Virus record (IMG/VR): IMGVR_UViG_3300004112_000001
Span: 1-37,642 of that record
Reading direction: 5' to 3' (one strand)
Origin: a virus
Lineage: Duplodnaviria; Caudoviricetes
Length of the DNA: 37,642 bases
Positions 24,367 to 34,443 of the stretch are shown one piece after another; position 1 is the first letter of the stretch, and each line of letters starts with the position of its first letter. Under the pieces are notes generated by a model. The model had not been told where the DNA came from. It searched no databases and saw nothing but the letters and a program-made list of their open reading frames with translations. A program made the position numbers and the translations under genes.

Positions 24367-25280
24367 TGAACACAGTCCTAAGACCAGACGTAGCTCATGA
24401 ATTCATGATGCTCTTCAGGGGACGTGGAGATGCATACGGTTCATGGGACGGTGGATGCGTACGCAGCCCACTGTCAGAAGACACCTTCTACCGCCATCTA
24501 AACGGCGATGAACTTATTGGGGTTTACCCTCATGTGTACATCAAAGACGGATGGAAATGTGTATGGGGATGTTCAGACATTGACGTTGAAGACCTTGATG
24601 CAGCAGCGAACATTAAAACAGCTTTAGCAATAAAGAATGTTCCAGCATGGATTGAGAGAACACGCAAGGGATACCACGTGTGGGTGTTCATGGCCAAGGG
24701 TGAGATCGCAACGACACGCATCATGAGGCGTGCGTTGTTAGCAGCACATCAAGCAATTGATTATGTAGCCAAAGAAGTAAACCCAAAGCAGGAAGACCCA
24801 GGTAGAGGATTCGGAAACTATGTACGCCTGCCATACCCCAACGGATTCAATGAACCCATTGGTGACAACAGGTACATGCTTGACGAAAACGAACAACCAA
24901 TCTCGCTCAGAGAATTCCTAGAACAAGTCAGCAACAACGGCAGAGCATCACTAGAAGCTTTGACATCAGTAGCAGACATGTACAAAGAACCTGAACGACA
25001 TCACGTTGTCATTGACGCATCAACCGAAGACATATCACACATCCTTCCACGACTATCTAGGCCAGCATTTATTTACTGGCAAGATGGGCCAATCCAAGGA
25101 CGTGATCGTTCAACAACTCTTGTGCGACTCGCTCATCTTCTTGAGCAATGTTCCCTAGATGCAAGTGAAGCGTTTGCTATTTTGCGTAATGCCGATCTTC
25201 GTTGGGGAAAGTTTCACACCCGTGTTGACGGTGAAGAACAAATCATGAAGATTGTTTCACATGTTTATGGAGTTGCTTAA
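24366..25280 (+). CDS. Archaeo-eukaryotic-type primase with C-terminal helical (DRS) domain
   Basis: HLNG...IGVYP, WGCSDID, ERTRKGYHVWVF, EVNPKQ, GNYVRLP, DRS....LA; GTG overlaps the helicase stop. Confidence 0.85.
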   Translation: MNTVLRPDVAHEFMMLFRGRGDAYGSWDGGCVRSPLSEDTFYRHLNGDELIGVYPHVYIKDGWKCVWGCSDIDVEDLDAAANIKTALAIKNVPAWIERTRKGYHVWVFMAKGEIATTRIMRRALLAAHQAIDYVAKEVNPKQEDPGRGFGNYVRLPYPNGFNEPIGDNRYMLDENEQPISLREFLEQVSNNGRASLEALTSVADMYKEPERHHVVIDASTEDISHILPRLSRPAFIYWQDGPIQGRDRSTTLVRLAHLLEQCSLDASEAFAILRNADLRWGKFHTRVDGEEQIMKIVSHVYGVA

Positions 25281-25522
25281 TGAGCGAATTAACACAACAC
25301 GAATGGATTGCTGTTGGTGTCGCAAACGGGTGGTGTTCGCCACCCGTTTGCATGACACATGATGGCTGGCCAACAACGGAGGAAGAAGATGAAGCCTTCA
25401 ATGACGGACTGGATGCATGCATACACATCATCAGACCATACGTGGACGAATCAGAAAAACAAGGGGTTGAGCGTAACTTTGCCCCAGCCTGCTGGCGAAA
25501 GCAGCCTTATGAAGAAAGTTAA
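25280..25522 (+). CDS. Small conserved protein with Cys/His motif
   Basis: GVANGWCSPPVCMTHDG.P...EE...D.CIHIIR; TAATG overlap. Confidence 0.75.
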   Translation: MSELTQHEWIAVGVANGWCSPPVCMTHDGWPTTEEEDEAFNDGLDACIHIIRPYVDESEKQGVERNFAPACWRKQPYEES

Positions 25523-25856
25523 AAACAAAACAGTATTTAGCTTTCCACCAAAGGTTAAGCAGCGACCACGCATGACACGCAGAGGAAGAGTGTTCACACC
25601 AACACAGACACTGGAGTTTGAAGCTTTAGTTCGTGAAGGATGGACACACGGGATCATTGAAGGTGACATCAGTGTCACTATTTATTTAACTAAAGAAGAG
25701 TTTCATGTAACAGTGGAGCAGTTCACAAAGGATAAGGAGAAGACAAAACTACGAGGAGACATTGACAACTATGCCAAGTCAATCCTGGATGGATTGAACG
25801 GGACAGCATTTGTTGACGACAAGTTTATTCGTGAGTTGATTGTCATAAAATCATGA
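25509..25856 (+). CDS. rusA: RusA-like Holliday junction resolvase
   Basis: PKVKQRPR, DIDNYAKSILDGLNG.AF.DD. Confidence 0.9.
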   Translation: MKKVKNKTVFSFPPKVKQRPRMTRRGRVFTPTQTLEFEALVREGWTHGIIEGDISVTIYLTKEEFHVTVEQFTKDKEKTKLRGDIDNYAKSILDGLNGTAFVDDKFIRELIVIKS

Positions 25857-26299
25857 GCCAATTTCATGAAGCCCCATTCTCTCAACGATATGCCATCATG
25901 GGTGACATCGCTGAAGCAGTATTTGAACAAGTAGAACCAAAACACCACCGTCTTGGATACAACCGCCCACCCTTCTACGTAGCCAACCTTCCACTCATGC
26001 TCAGGAACCTTCCTGACTACATGATCAAAAGCGGACTATGTGAAGTGATGGGAATTGGAAAGGACAAAACATTAAAACTGAAAGTAGAGAAACTACGTTC
26101 ACTATTGAACTGGACAATGGTTGCAGATGTGGAACTATTCGTTTACGACTCTCATCGTAAAATCTATTGGCGTGCTCCAATCTTTGATTGGGAACACGCC
26201 TGTGCAGAACATGCGACAATGGATCGTTTCCCAGACGACAACAGGGCGTACTACAGACTTAACTCAGATAATTTCCCATCAGCAGGAAACAATGTCTAA
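25853..26299 (+). CDS. Putative PD-(D/E)XK-fold nuclease-like protein
   Basis: GDIAE.VF, PDY, CEVMG (Met where Lys is typical); ATGA overlap. Confidence 0.55.
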   Translation: MSQFHEAPFSQRYAIMGDIAEAVFEQVEPKHHRLGYNRPPFYVANLPLMLRNLPDYMIKSGLCEVMGIGKDKTLKLKVEKLRSLLNWTMVADVELFVYDSHRKIYWRAPIFDWEHACAEHATMDRFPDDNRAYYRLNSDNFPSAGNNV

Positions 26300-27119
26300 C
26301 AAAGAGATAACCGTAGACCTACTAGGGCGATACTCGCCCATGTACCAGTCAGCACCAACCAACCCACTAGAAGCACTAATGCAAACAGCACCAGGTGAAA
26401 CACCAATGGTGTCAATGGAAGAGTTACTACCACTACGAGAAGCAGTGGCAGACTGTCTAGACAAACTCAGCGACCAAGACCGTTGGATCGTTGACTGCCT
26501 AAACAGCGAACGTGTGTCGCTCCAAGAACTTGGAGACAGACTCAGCGTTACGAAGACGCAAGCATGGCGACTTCGTAACAAAGCATTTGATAACCTAAGA
26601 GAAATTATGTTAACCAACACACTAATCAGAAAGAAGCTAGGAATGAAAACCACCTGGGATTTAGCAGCACAAAACATTGTTTTGGATATGGCCATCAGTG
26701 CTACACATCCATGCAAATCAGATCACCGCATCCTTGAAGCAGAACGTGACCGCCTTGCGGACGACATGCGCAACAACGACTACCGTCACTCATACAAATC
26801 ATTTGACACAATGGCAGCCGAAGCAATCAACGACCTGCGTGATCAAGAAGTATGGGACTCCGCAGAGATGATCAAGCTTCTCTGTCGCAAACAACACGAC
26901 TATGGTCACGGCAACATCAACAAGTTTGGTATGGCAGGAATCATTGTTCGCCTTAGCGACAAAGTAGAACGACTAAAGAACCTCAGAAGCCGTGGGCTTA
27001 CACCAGAAATCAAAGAGTCAGAAGTTGACACACTTCTTGACATCGTTGGCTACTGCGTAATTGGCCACATGTGGAACGAGGGAACTTTCCAAAATGATTT
27101 AAGCGAGGAATGGCAGTAA
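26292..27119 (+). CDS. Sigma-70 region-4-like HTH fused to a DUF1599/nucleotide-modification-associated domain
   Basis: LDKLSDQDRWIV...SLQELGDRLSVTKTQAWRLRNKAFDNLR, then KQHDYG..NI.KFG..GIIVRLSDKVERLKNL..E...DTL.DI.GY. Confidence 0.8.
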   Translation: MSNKEITVDLLGRYSPMYQSAPTNPLEALMQTAPGETPMVSMEELLPLREAVADCLDKLSDQDRWIVDCLNSERVSLQELGDRLSVTKTQAWRLRNKAFDNLREIMLTNTLIRKKLGMKTTWDLAAQNIVLDMAISATHPCKSDHRILEAERDRLADDMRNNDYRHSYKSFDTMAAEAINDLRDQEVWDSAEMIKLLCRKQHDYGHGNINKFGMAGIIVRLSDKVERLKNLRSRGLTPEIKESEVDTLLDIVGYCVIGHMWNEGTFQNDLSEEWQ

Positions 27120-27292
27120 TGGAAGAACAAGCAGCACCAACACCTGAAGAATTAACTTTAACAATTCTCAGCAACATCATGGCAATCAATGTATTTCTTG
27201 AAATGAAATACGGAGAAGAGGGAGCAGCCCTGTTGGAACAGATTGAAGCGCAAGTACGGCAGAAGCTAGTGGAAGATGGGAATGCTAACTAG
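27119..27292 (+). CDS. Hypothetical protein
   Basis: TAATG overlap; acidic, predicted helical. Confidence 0.65.
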   Translation: MEEQAAPTPEELTLTILSNIMAINVFLEMKYGEEGAALLEQIEAQVRQKLVEDGNAN

Positions 27293-27458
27293 ACAAATCA
27301 CCGTTGCTTTTGATTCACCAATCAGTATGGAACAGTTCGCTCAACTTATGAAAGCTGTTTATGGGAATCCTGTTATCGGCTTGGGACGAGCCGTTAACGG
27401 GATTCCCACTGACTGGATAATCGTAGAGAATGTCAGCAAAGAGCGACACAATGAGTGA
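27276..27458 (+). CDS. Hypothetical protein
   Basis: Overlap-coupled within the operon; start at 27276 or 27282. Confidence 0.6.
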   Translation: MGMLTRQITVAFDSPISMEQFAQLMKAVYGNPVIGLGRAVNGIPTDWIIVENVSKERHNE

Positions 27459-27729
27459 CGACTGGCTAAACATCTTCTCACAAGAAGAACTAGAACAAAT
27501 AGAATCACGAGCTGAACGAATACAAGAAGACATGGAAACCATGTACGAAATAACGTTCATCGTTCCCAGAGAACAAGCGATTGATCTATGCAGACATTAC
27601 GCAGAGATGCACATAACAGCAGACCCATCAGTAGAGGCACTGATCTTTTTAGCTTCACTACTAAGTTCACTAGTAGGAACAATAGAGACAGCGTTAGATG
27701 GTGACGGGATAGACCCTTACGAGGAATGA
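27451..27729 (+). CDS. Hypothetical acidic protein
   Basis: Last gene before the terminator. Confidence 0.65.
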   Translation: MSDDWLNIFSQEELEQIESRAERIQEDMETMYEITFIVPREQAIDLCRHYAEMHITADPSVEALIFLASLLSSLVGTIETALDGDGIDPYEE

Positions 27730-27730
27730 G

Positions 27731-27759
27731 AAATGGCCACCCTAATGGGTGGCCATTTT
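27731..27759. terminator. Bidirectional terminator at the convergence of the two arms
   Basis: AAATGGCCACCC-TAAT-GGGTGGCCATTTT between convergent stops. Confidence 0.85.
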
Positions 27760-27760
27760 G

Positions 27761-28195
27761 CTATCTATTCTCAATTGGTGTTTTGTCTCCCCACGAAATT
27801 TTCGTAGTCTCAACATGCAGCCACTTAGCCCAAGGCTCACCAAAACCCTTGACACTGTTCGGCTTCAACGGTTTCCAACCCGAACCAACAATCCACTGGC
27901 GACAACCAACATAGTCAATGATCACCTGGATACCAAGCTTCTCATGATGGCGAACCATCATCTTCATCGCTTCCTCAGCGTTCTTTCGGATTGTGTATCT
28001 CCAGTCCAACGCAGCACCAAACGTGTGCGATGACGGTAAGTCACCGCCACGAACAGGACGCTTGTTGAAAATACCAACCTTAGTTCCACCCCAACGCTTA
28101 ATCAGCCAGTCACACAACTCAACCAAGTTAGGACTCGCCTTGCGGAACTTCACATAGTCAGCCTTCTTAGGACGCTGCCAGTTGTAGTAACTCAT
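27761..28195 (-). CDS. Putative endolysin, M15-like Zn peptidase
   Basis: R..RGG..PSSHTFGAALD and WLHVE (SxHxxGxAxD...H pattern). Confidence 0.75.
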   Translation of the reverse strand: MSYYNWQRPKKADYVKFRKASPNLVELCDWLIKRWGGTKVGIFNKRPVRGGDLPSSHTFGAALDWRYTIRKNAEEAMKMMVRHHEKLGIQVIIDYVGCRQWIVGSGWKPLKPNSVKGFGEPWAKWLHVETTKISWGDKTPIENR

Positions 28196-31100
28196 CCTCT
28201 TGCTCCTTTTTCAACAGCCTTCTTCTTAGCCTTGCTCTTAGCAAGTTCACGCTTCGCACGTTCCTGCTCAGCCTTCTTCTGAGTTTCCGTCACCTTAGTA
28301 ACAGGAGCACCAGTCAAGAATGTCAGCAATGACATTCCTTGCTTCTCTTGATAGTTCTTCTGGCCAGGTACAACCAAACGTTCAAGTTCCTGCAAACCAG
28401 GAATCAACTGCATACCTGCATACAGGTTCTTTTCAGACACTGTTGGCGTTCCATTAGAAGAACGCTCAACACCACCAAGCAAACCAATCAAAGGTTCAAG
28501 CGCACGACCAGCACCCTGAAGAGGCACATACTTATCTTCACGCAATGGAATGTCCTTATAGAACTGCTTGCCAGCCCAATACTCTGCAGCAGTCTTAAAC
28601 ACAGGGTTCAAGTTCTGACCAAGACGCATTGGATCACGCAACTGCGCAAGGTCCTGACCAACACGGTTCATACCAATGTCAGGAGTCATGTACAAATCCT
28701 GACCAAACGGAAGCTTGAATCCACCAACTTCCCTGATGTACTTAGGAACAATGTCGCCTTCTTGGTCGTCATTCATGTTTCTAGTGAACGAATTATAGAT
28801 TGCGTATACACGTGGGTTCATCCACATTTGTTCAATCTGCAACGGAAGGTTACGACTCATGAACGTCCAGAAAGGAATGAAAGCCTTTGCGTTGCGGTCA
28901 AGTTTTGAAAGTTGAGCGTAGTTGAAATGGAACTTAGTAATACGAGCAACGCTCTGATCAAAACCAAGCCCCTTACCACCAAGTTCAACAGGAAGACGTG
29001 AATCCAAAGCCATACCCATACGGACATAACCTTCAACAGAAACACCAACTTCTCTAGACTTCTTAAAGACACCCTTGTTAGAAATCTTTGTGTTGGCCAT
29101 AGCAACTTCAGAGTATTGTCCACCACCGCTACCAAACACATCCTCAAGCGCAGCCTTAGCGTAAGGACGTTCAGCGACAGGGATGTTGTTCAACCAGTTG
29201 ACAGGGTCTTGTTCAAACATGCGCCAATACTCAACACCCTTAAGCATGTTTCTAGTCTTAACATCCGCAACATAGTTCATGAACGTTGCGGACATAGCGT
29301 TACGAATATGGAAACGAGGAGAAGTGGTCTTAACTGCTTTCCAAATTTCTGTGTACTTATTCAGTGCAGTCATGATTTCACCAGCAGTCTGGTTATCAAT
29401 CTCAACAATACGCTTCATGATGTTCGCAACTTCAGGCGGTACATAGATACCACTATCAGCAAGTTCCTGCATACCGTCCCTGGCTACACGCTTCATAACG
29501 GTAACAAGGTTCTTATCCTTAGCCATTTGAATCTGAACCTTGATAGCTTCCTGCTCGTCAAGAAGGGTTAGCAATCTACCCTTGTCAAGATGCGCACGAT
29601 AAATCAAAGCCAAAGCTGTGTTGCTACTTGGATCAATTGGCAAACTACGAAGATAAGCAATCATCTCTGGGTCTGTAACACCACGAGCATTACGACCTGC
29701 CTTAAGCATGTCAGGAGTCATGCCTTCTGGCATGTTGAAAAGACGCTCAACGAGTGTATTTTCATCCATCATGTCGTAAGAGTCAGCAAGCCACTCAGAC
29801 AATACATTGGCTCTTTCGTTGTCAATAGCCTTTGGAACCTTTGGTGTTCTACGAACAAGTTCTTCAACAGCAGGAATCAAAGAATCAATTTCCTGCTTTG
29901 CTGTATCAACAGTCTCAATAGCATTACGTGTAGCAGCAACTGTTGCGTCATACGTTTCACGCAACGATTCCTTAGCAACCTCAGCTTGAACAACCTGACC
30001 AGCCTTACCAGCCTGAACAATGTCTTGACCAGCAAGCATTGCTTCACGTTGAGCACGCAAGCCTTCAACCTTGCCTGCAGTTTCTGCAGCAAGGGCAGCC
30101 TTGCTTTGACGACCCTTAAAATCATCCTTAGCTTTTTGCAACACAACCTTGGCAGAGATCAGACGATCCTCAAGAGGTTCGGCTGATTGAAGCAACGTGG
30201 TTAAACGTGTTCTCTCGTTAACAAGTGTTCGCATGTACTGCAAAGTTTCCTTACGAACCTGTGGGTCTTTAAGACCCTTAGCACGAGCCTTGATGATTCC
30301 AATTTCCTCATCAAGAACTTCAACATAACGCTTAGCTTTATTGAAAGGCGAAGCACGACCAGGGACATCCTTGACAGCATCTTTCAATGCGCCAGTTGTA
30401 ACCATTCTTTCCATCTCTTGCTCTGCTGTAATTAAAGCTTCACGAGCAGCTTTCAATTCTTTATTGACAGCAGATACACCAGTTGGGCGAACCTTGCCAG
30501 CAAGAACCTCACCAGCAGTCAAACGTGGAGCACCCTTAGGTACACCAACAGCAGCACGTTCCTTGGCTACACCATCAAACAAGTTAAAGAAATACTTAGT
30601 TGTTTTGTATTCCTGACTTTGGAACTGACGTGCAGCACGCAACTGCGCCAACTTAGTACCAAGACGTTCAGCCTCTGCAGCAAAGAAGTTGACAGCAATC
30701 TGGTTGTCAATAGTATTTACACTCATGCCAGTTGGACGCAAGCGTTGAATAACACGATCAATCTGAAGAACCTTCTCAGTAAGAAGTTCAACTTCCTTCT
30801 CCGCACCCTGAGCAGCAGTAGCAAGCCACCTTGAAGTACGTGCTCCTCTATTAAGTTCAGAAGCACTGCGAGTTGTGTAGATGCGTTCAAACTCTTCAGC
30901 CCAAGCAGCCTTAGCCTGAGGGCCATAACCATTAGAAATCTTGTTCAACAAACGATCAAGTTGACCAGACTCTGCATAACGCTTAGCACCAGCCTTGTCA
31001 CCTTCAAACAAAATGTCAGCAATAGCTTGCTTGAGGTCACGCTTCGCTTGAGCGAAAGCTTGCTGTTGCGCACGACTTGTCTTACCAGAAGCACCAGGGG

Positions 31101-34100
31101 TATAAACGCTGAAGCCAGAGTTGGCTGCATCTTCAGCAGTGCGACCTAATACTTCACGACTAGAAGCAGTACCAATAGCATCAGATGCTCCTGCACCACC
31201 ACGCAAACCAGCCTCTTGCGTAGTGGAGAAAATCTCATCAAGATAAAGCTTAAGAATATCCCAAGTTTCATCAGCACGCTTCTTGCCAGCCTTGGCAGCC
31301 TTGGTCTTCTGAAGATTCTTCTTAGTAGCAAGACCGCCTTCTTGTTCGGCGTAATGCTCCATAGAAGTAGTGATGTCGTTAATCTTCTTCTGCATTGCTT
31401 CACGTTCGGTTGTCAACACTTCACGCATAACCATGTTCTCAACAGCCTGCTGTTCAACAGGGGTCAAAGTTTTACCAGACTGTTTAATAATTTCTGTTAC
31501 AGAATTCAAACGATTAGCAAAGTCAGTAGCAATACGAGCATTTGTTACAGCATCCTCAAGAGCCAACTGTGCTGCAGCAATATACGAAGCAGAACCAGCA
31601 GGTGACCTTCTAGCCCTAGCAGAAACTTCAAACGCCCTAACAAGAGCATCAACAACAGCAGCATTCTTAGCTCCTGCATCAGCACTTGGTGCTGCTGCAC
31701 GAACAGCATCCATCAACTGAGCCTTAGCAAAAGCAACCTGCTTACTGAACTGATCATCAATATCAGACTTAGCGAACTGACCAGTTCTTGCCTCTGGCGC
31801 AGCCTGTGTCGCCCCCATGTTAAACGTTGCCTGATTCTTAACCTGAGGGTTAAGAAGCGCATCAGATTCCTGCTTCGCAACTTCAAGACCCTTCTCCGCA
31901 GCACGAAGACGAGCTTCCCACTTAGCAATAGTTCCAGCAGAAGCTTTAGCATTAACAGCATTGTCGTACTTCATACGCAATCCAGATACACGATCCTCGG
32001 CATCTGTAACAATCTTTGAAGCCTTAGCTGCAATCTCATCAGAAACATTAAGGTCACGAGCAACAGCCTGCTCAACCATGTCCTTAATAGCAACAACCTG
32101 TGGATGGAAAGCCTCATCAATATGGTTGCCAGCAGCATCAACAGTTTGACGCAACACAGAACCAACTGCCTTCTCATCAAACTTCAACTTCTTCATCAAA
32201 CCAAAAGATTCGTTCTTGCCTGCACCCGTAACAACAACCTGGGTTGCCTCCTCAGCACCTCTAGTTGCTGCGGAGTCAATAGAAGTCTGCTTAGAAACAG
32301 TACGAGTCTTAGCAGCCTTTCTAGCCTCATCAGGAAGGTCTTTAAACTGAACACCCTCAACCATCGTCTTGATGTCGTTGTTAAGTTTAGAAGCGGTTTC
32401 CTTCAACTGATTGTACGCATCAAGCTGTGCCTGAATAGCAGAAACATTTGCATCTGCATCAGCAATTGCTTTCTTAGCCTGACGGTAAGAAACAAGACGA
32501 GCCTTCTCAGCCTCTCGCCCCAACTGTTCAACCTCTGCGATCTCATCCGCATAACGTGCTTCCAAAGCAGCACGTTGCGACACAGCATTATCAAGTTCAG
32601 CACGAGCAGCAGTCTCAGCATCCAACAGCAAAGCCATCTTCGCATCAAAATCAACAGCATCGCTAGAAAGCTTTACAGTTAATTCATTGAAACGCTTTTC
32701 AAAATCAGCACTACGCTTAGTCAAACCAGACAAACGAGTCTTGATTGTGTTGCTCACATTCTCAACAGCAGCCTTAAACGAAACATGAGCATCAGCCTTT
32801 GCCTTCTTGACTGACTCCTTTGTCACCTTAAGTTCATCAATAAGTTCTTTTTCACGTGCCTTATTCGCTGCCTTAGTGCCACCAACATCCTCAACAAGAT
32901 GCATTGCTTCAGTATCTGTTTTGCCAACACCAAGTTCGGTGATGCGCTTAATAAAAGCGTCATCACCAACACCACGACCCATAGCATTTGCATAGTGGCC
33001 CATCAACTTCAAAGCATCATCTTCAAGAGCCTTGCCTGCCTTGAACAAATCAGGGAACTCACGAGACAACACAGTGTTGATCTCGTTGATAGTTCCTTCA
33101 TTGAACGTGATGTCCTTGCCACCAATCTTGTATGTGCCAGCTTCAATCTTACGTTCAAACGTAGGACCAGCCTTCTTCACCTCTTCAACAGTAATCTTCA
33201 TCGCCTTGCGAAGATCATCAGCAACTTCAGTGTCGCCTGCTAAAACAGCACGACCTTCGTCACCCCAGACGTGAGGCATATAGTTCTCACGGTAACCAAT
33301 GTCGTCAACTGTTTTACCAGTTGACTCCATAAATGCAGAACGAACATCATCAAACCATTTACGTGTCAAAGCAGTAACACTGTTAGACAAGTCCCCTGCT
33401 TCAGCAGCATGCGTTAAAGCAACACGTGCTGCTTCATCCTTTGAAACCTCATTAAGAACCTGGTCAGCAGCACGACTCCACTGGTTAGTAAAAGCAGCAC
33501 CCAAAGCTGCTTTCTTAGAATGGCTAGAAACAAACGCAGCAGCCTGTGTAGCAGTCAAACGACCCTTACCTGTAGCGAGCTTTGTAAACGCTTCTTCCAA
33601 ACCTTCAGGAGCTCTACGCAAGAAACCATCACTGTTGGTGATGAGTTTCGTTACAGGCTTAGAACCAAGAATTGCATTCTTAGTTGAACCCAAACCACTA
33701 GCAAGCTTCTCACCAATCTTCTGAGTACCAGGTATCAGAACACCCTTACCTGCTTCCTTGGCAAACGGACGACCAAAATATAAACCAGGCTTAGCCAAAC
33801 CAAACGCTTCACGTTCAGCAGCAGTCAACTTGCTCAAACCATTCTTACCTGCACGAGTAATAATGTTGTCAAGAGCTTCCTGAGTGATCTCTTTAGCAGC
33901 AACCTTTGCTGCACCCTGCTCTGCAATCTTGCCAGCCAAACCAACCTTGCCACCAAGAGAAGCAAGGTTTCCAAGACCAAGAGTTGTCCACGTCAACGGG
34001 TCAAGAGCAACGTCACCAGTGAAACCAATCAAACGGTCAAGCCACTTATTATTTGTTTGTAGCTGTTTAATATCACCAAAACCAATATGGTTTTTAGTTT

Positions 34101-34443
34101 GCTTCAACAAATCACCAAACGAACCCTTGGTATCAGCGTTACCATCAACAATGTCAGCAATTTCCTGAACACCCGAAACAAGACCAGAACGACCATAGTC
34201 AAGAAGCATCAAAGGAGCAAGAGCAGTCTTGGCAATGGGGTTGTCAAAAGCAGCAGAAACAAGCCCCTTCCAACCGCCAGGCTCCTCAGCTTTCTTCTTC
34301 TTCTTCGTTGCGTTCAACGCAGCGAAACGAGCAGCAGCCTCCTGCTGCAAAGAGCCACCACGAACGGGGGCTCCACCACCAGTAAGACCGCCTTGGCCAG
34401 AAGCCATACGGCGTGCAAGTTCTAAACGAGGATCAATAGCCAT
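28192..34443 (-). CDS. 2083-aa internal virion / DNA ejection protein
   Basis: GDVALDPLTW N-terminal motif, ENYMPH, long Ala/Glu/Lys helical middle, C-terminal PRFHIRN, FHFNY..LS, FIPFWTFMSRNLP typical of large podophage ejection proteins. Confidence 0.75.
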   Translation of the reverse strand: MAIDPRLELARRMASGQGGLTGGGAPVRGGSLQQEAAARFAALNATKKKKKAEEPGGWKGLVSAAFDNPIAKTALAPLMLLDYGRSGLVSGVQEIADIVDGNADTKGSFGDLLKQTKNHIGFGDIKQLQTNNKWLDRLIGFTGDVALDPLTWTTLGLGNLASLGGKVGLAGKIAEQGAAKVAAKEITQEALDNIITRAGKNGLSKLTAAEREAFGLAKPGLYFGRPFAKEAGKGVLIPGTQKIGEKLASGLGSTKNAILGSKPVTKLITNSDGFLRRAPEGLEEAFTKLATGKGRLTATQAAAFVSSHSKKAALGAAFTNQWSRAADQVLNEVSKDEAARVALTHAAEAGDLSNSVTALTRKWFDDVRSAFMESTGKTVDDIGYRENYMPHVWGDEGRAVLAGDTEVADDLRKAMKITVEEVKKAGPTFERKIEAGTYKIGGKDITFNEGTINEINTVLSREFPDLFKAGKALEDDALKLMGHYANAMGRGVGDDAFIKRITELGVGKTDTEAMHLVEDVGGTKAANKAREKELIDELKVTKESVKKAKADAHVSFKAAVENVSNTIKTRLSGLTKRSADFEKRFNELTVKLSSDAVDFDAKMALLLDAETAARAELDNAVSQRAALEARYADEIAEVEQLGREAEKARLVSYRQAKKAIADADANVSAIQAQLDAYNQLKETASKLNNDIKTMVEGVQFKDLPDEARKAAKTRTVSKQTSIDSAATRGAEEATQVVVTGAGKNESFGLMKKLKFDEKAVGSVLRQTVDAAGNHIDEAFHPQVVAIKDMVEQAVARDLNVSDEIAAKASKIVTDAEDRVSGLRMKYDNAVNAKASAGTIAKWEARLRAAEKGLEVAKQESDALLNPQVKNQATFNMGATQAAPEARTGQFAKSDIDDQFSKQVAFAKAQLMDAVRAAAPSADAGAKNAAVVDALVRAFEVSARARRSPAGSASYIAAAQLALEDAVTNARIATDFANRLNSVTEIIKQSGKTLTPVEQQAVENMVMREVLTTEREAMQKKINDITTSMEHYAEQEGGLATKKNLQKTKAAKAGKKRADETWDILKLYLDEIFSTTQEAGLRGGAGASDAIGTASSREVLGRTAEDAANSGFSVYTPGASGKTSRAQQQAFAQAKRDLKQAIADILFEGDKAGAKRYAESGQLDRLLNKISNGYGPQAKAAWAEEFERIYTTRSASELNRGARTSRWLATAAQGAEKEVELLTEKVLQIDRVIQRLRPTGMSVNTIDNQIAVNFFAAEAERLGTKLAQLRAARQFQSQEYKTTKYFFNLFDGVAKERAAVGVPKGAPRLTAGEVLAGKVRPTGVSAVNKELKAAREALITAEQEMERMVTTGALKDAVKDVPGRASPFNKAKRYVEVLDEEIGIIKARAKGLKDPQVRKETLQYMRTLVNERTRLTTLLQSAEPLEDRLISAKVVLQKAKDDFKGRQSKAALAAETAGKVEGLRAQREAMLAGQDIVQAGKAGQVVQAEVAKESLRETYDATVAATRNAIETVDTAKQEIDSLIPAVEELVRRTPKVPKAIDNERANVLSEWLADSYDMMDENTLVERLFNMPEGMTPDMLKAGRNARGVTDPEMIAYLRSLPIDPSSNTALALIYRAHLDKGRLLTLLDEQEAIKVQIQMAKDKNLVTVMKRVARDGMQELADSGIYVPPEVANIMKRIVEIDNQTAGEIMTALNKYTEIWKAVKTTSPRFHIRNAMSATFMNYVADVKTRNMLKGVEYWRMFEQDPVNWLNNIPVAERPYAKAALEDVFGSGGGQYSEVAMANTKISNKGVFKKSREVGVSVEGYVRMGMALDSRLPVELGGKGLGFDQSVARITKFHFNYAQLSKLDRNAKAFIPFWTFMSRNLPLQIEQMWMNPRVYAIYNSFTRNMNDDQEGDIVPKYIREVGGFKLPFGQDLYMTPDIGMNRVGQDLAQLRDPMRLGQNLNPVFKTAAEYWAGKQFYKDIPLREDKYVPLQGAGRALEPLIGLLGGVERSSNGTPTVSEKNLYAGMQLIPGLQELERLVVPGQKNYQEKQGMSLLTFLTGAPVTKVTETQKKAEQERAKRELAKSKAKKKAVEKGARG

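Noticed and set aside
25204-25270. GGGGAAAGTTTC half-site and TGTTTCACATG parS-like fragment inside the primase gene
   Set aside because: Only half-sites, explained by the codons for WGKFH and IVSH.
28192-34443. N4-like or crAss-like virion RNA polymerase
   Set aside because: No DxDGD motif and no correctly spaced R-x3-K-x7-YG motif; isolated LFDG and YG matches are not convincing.
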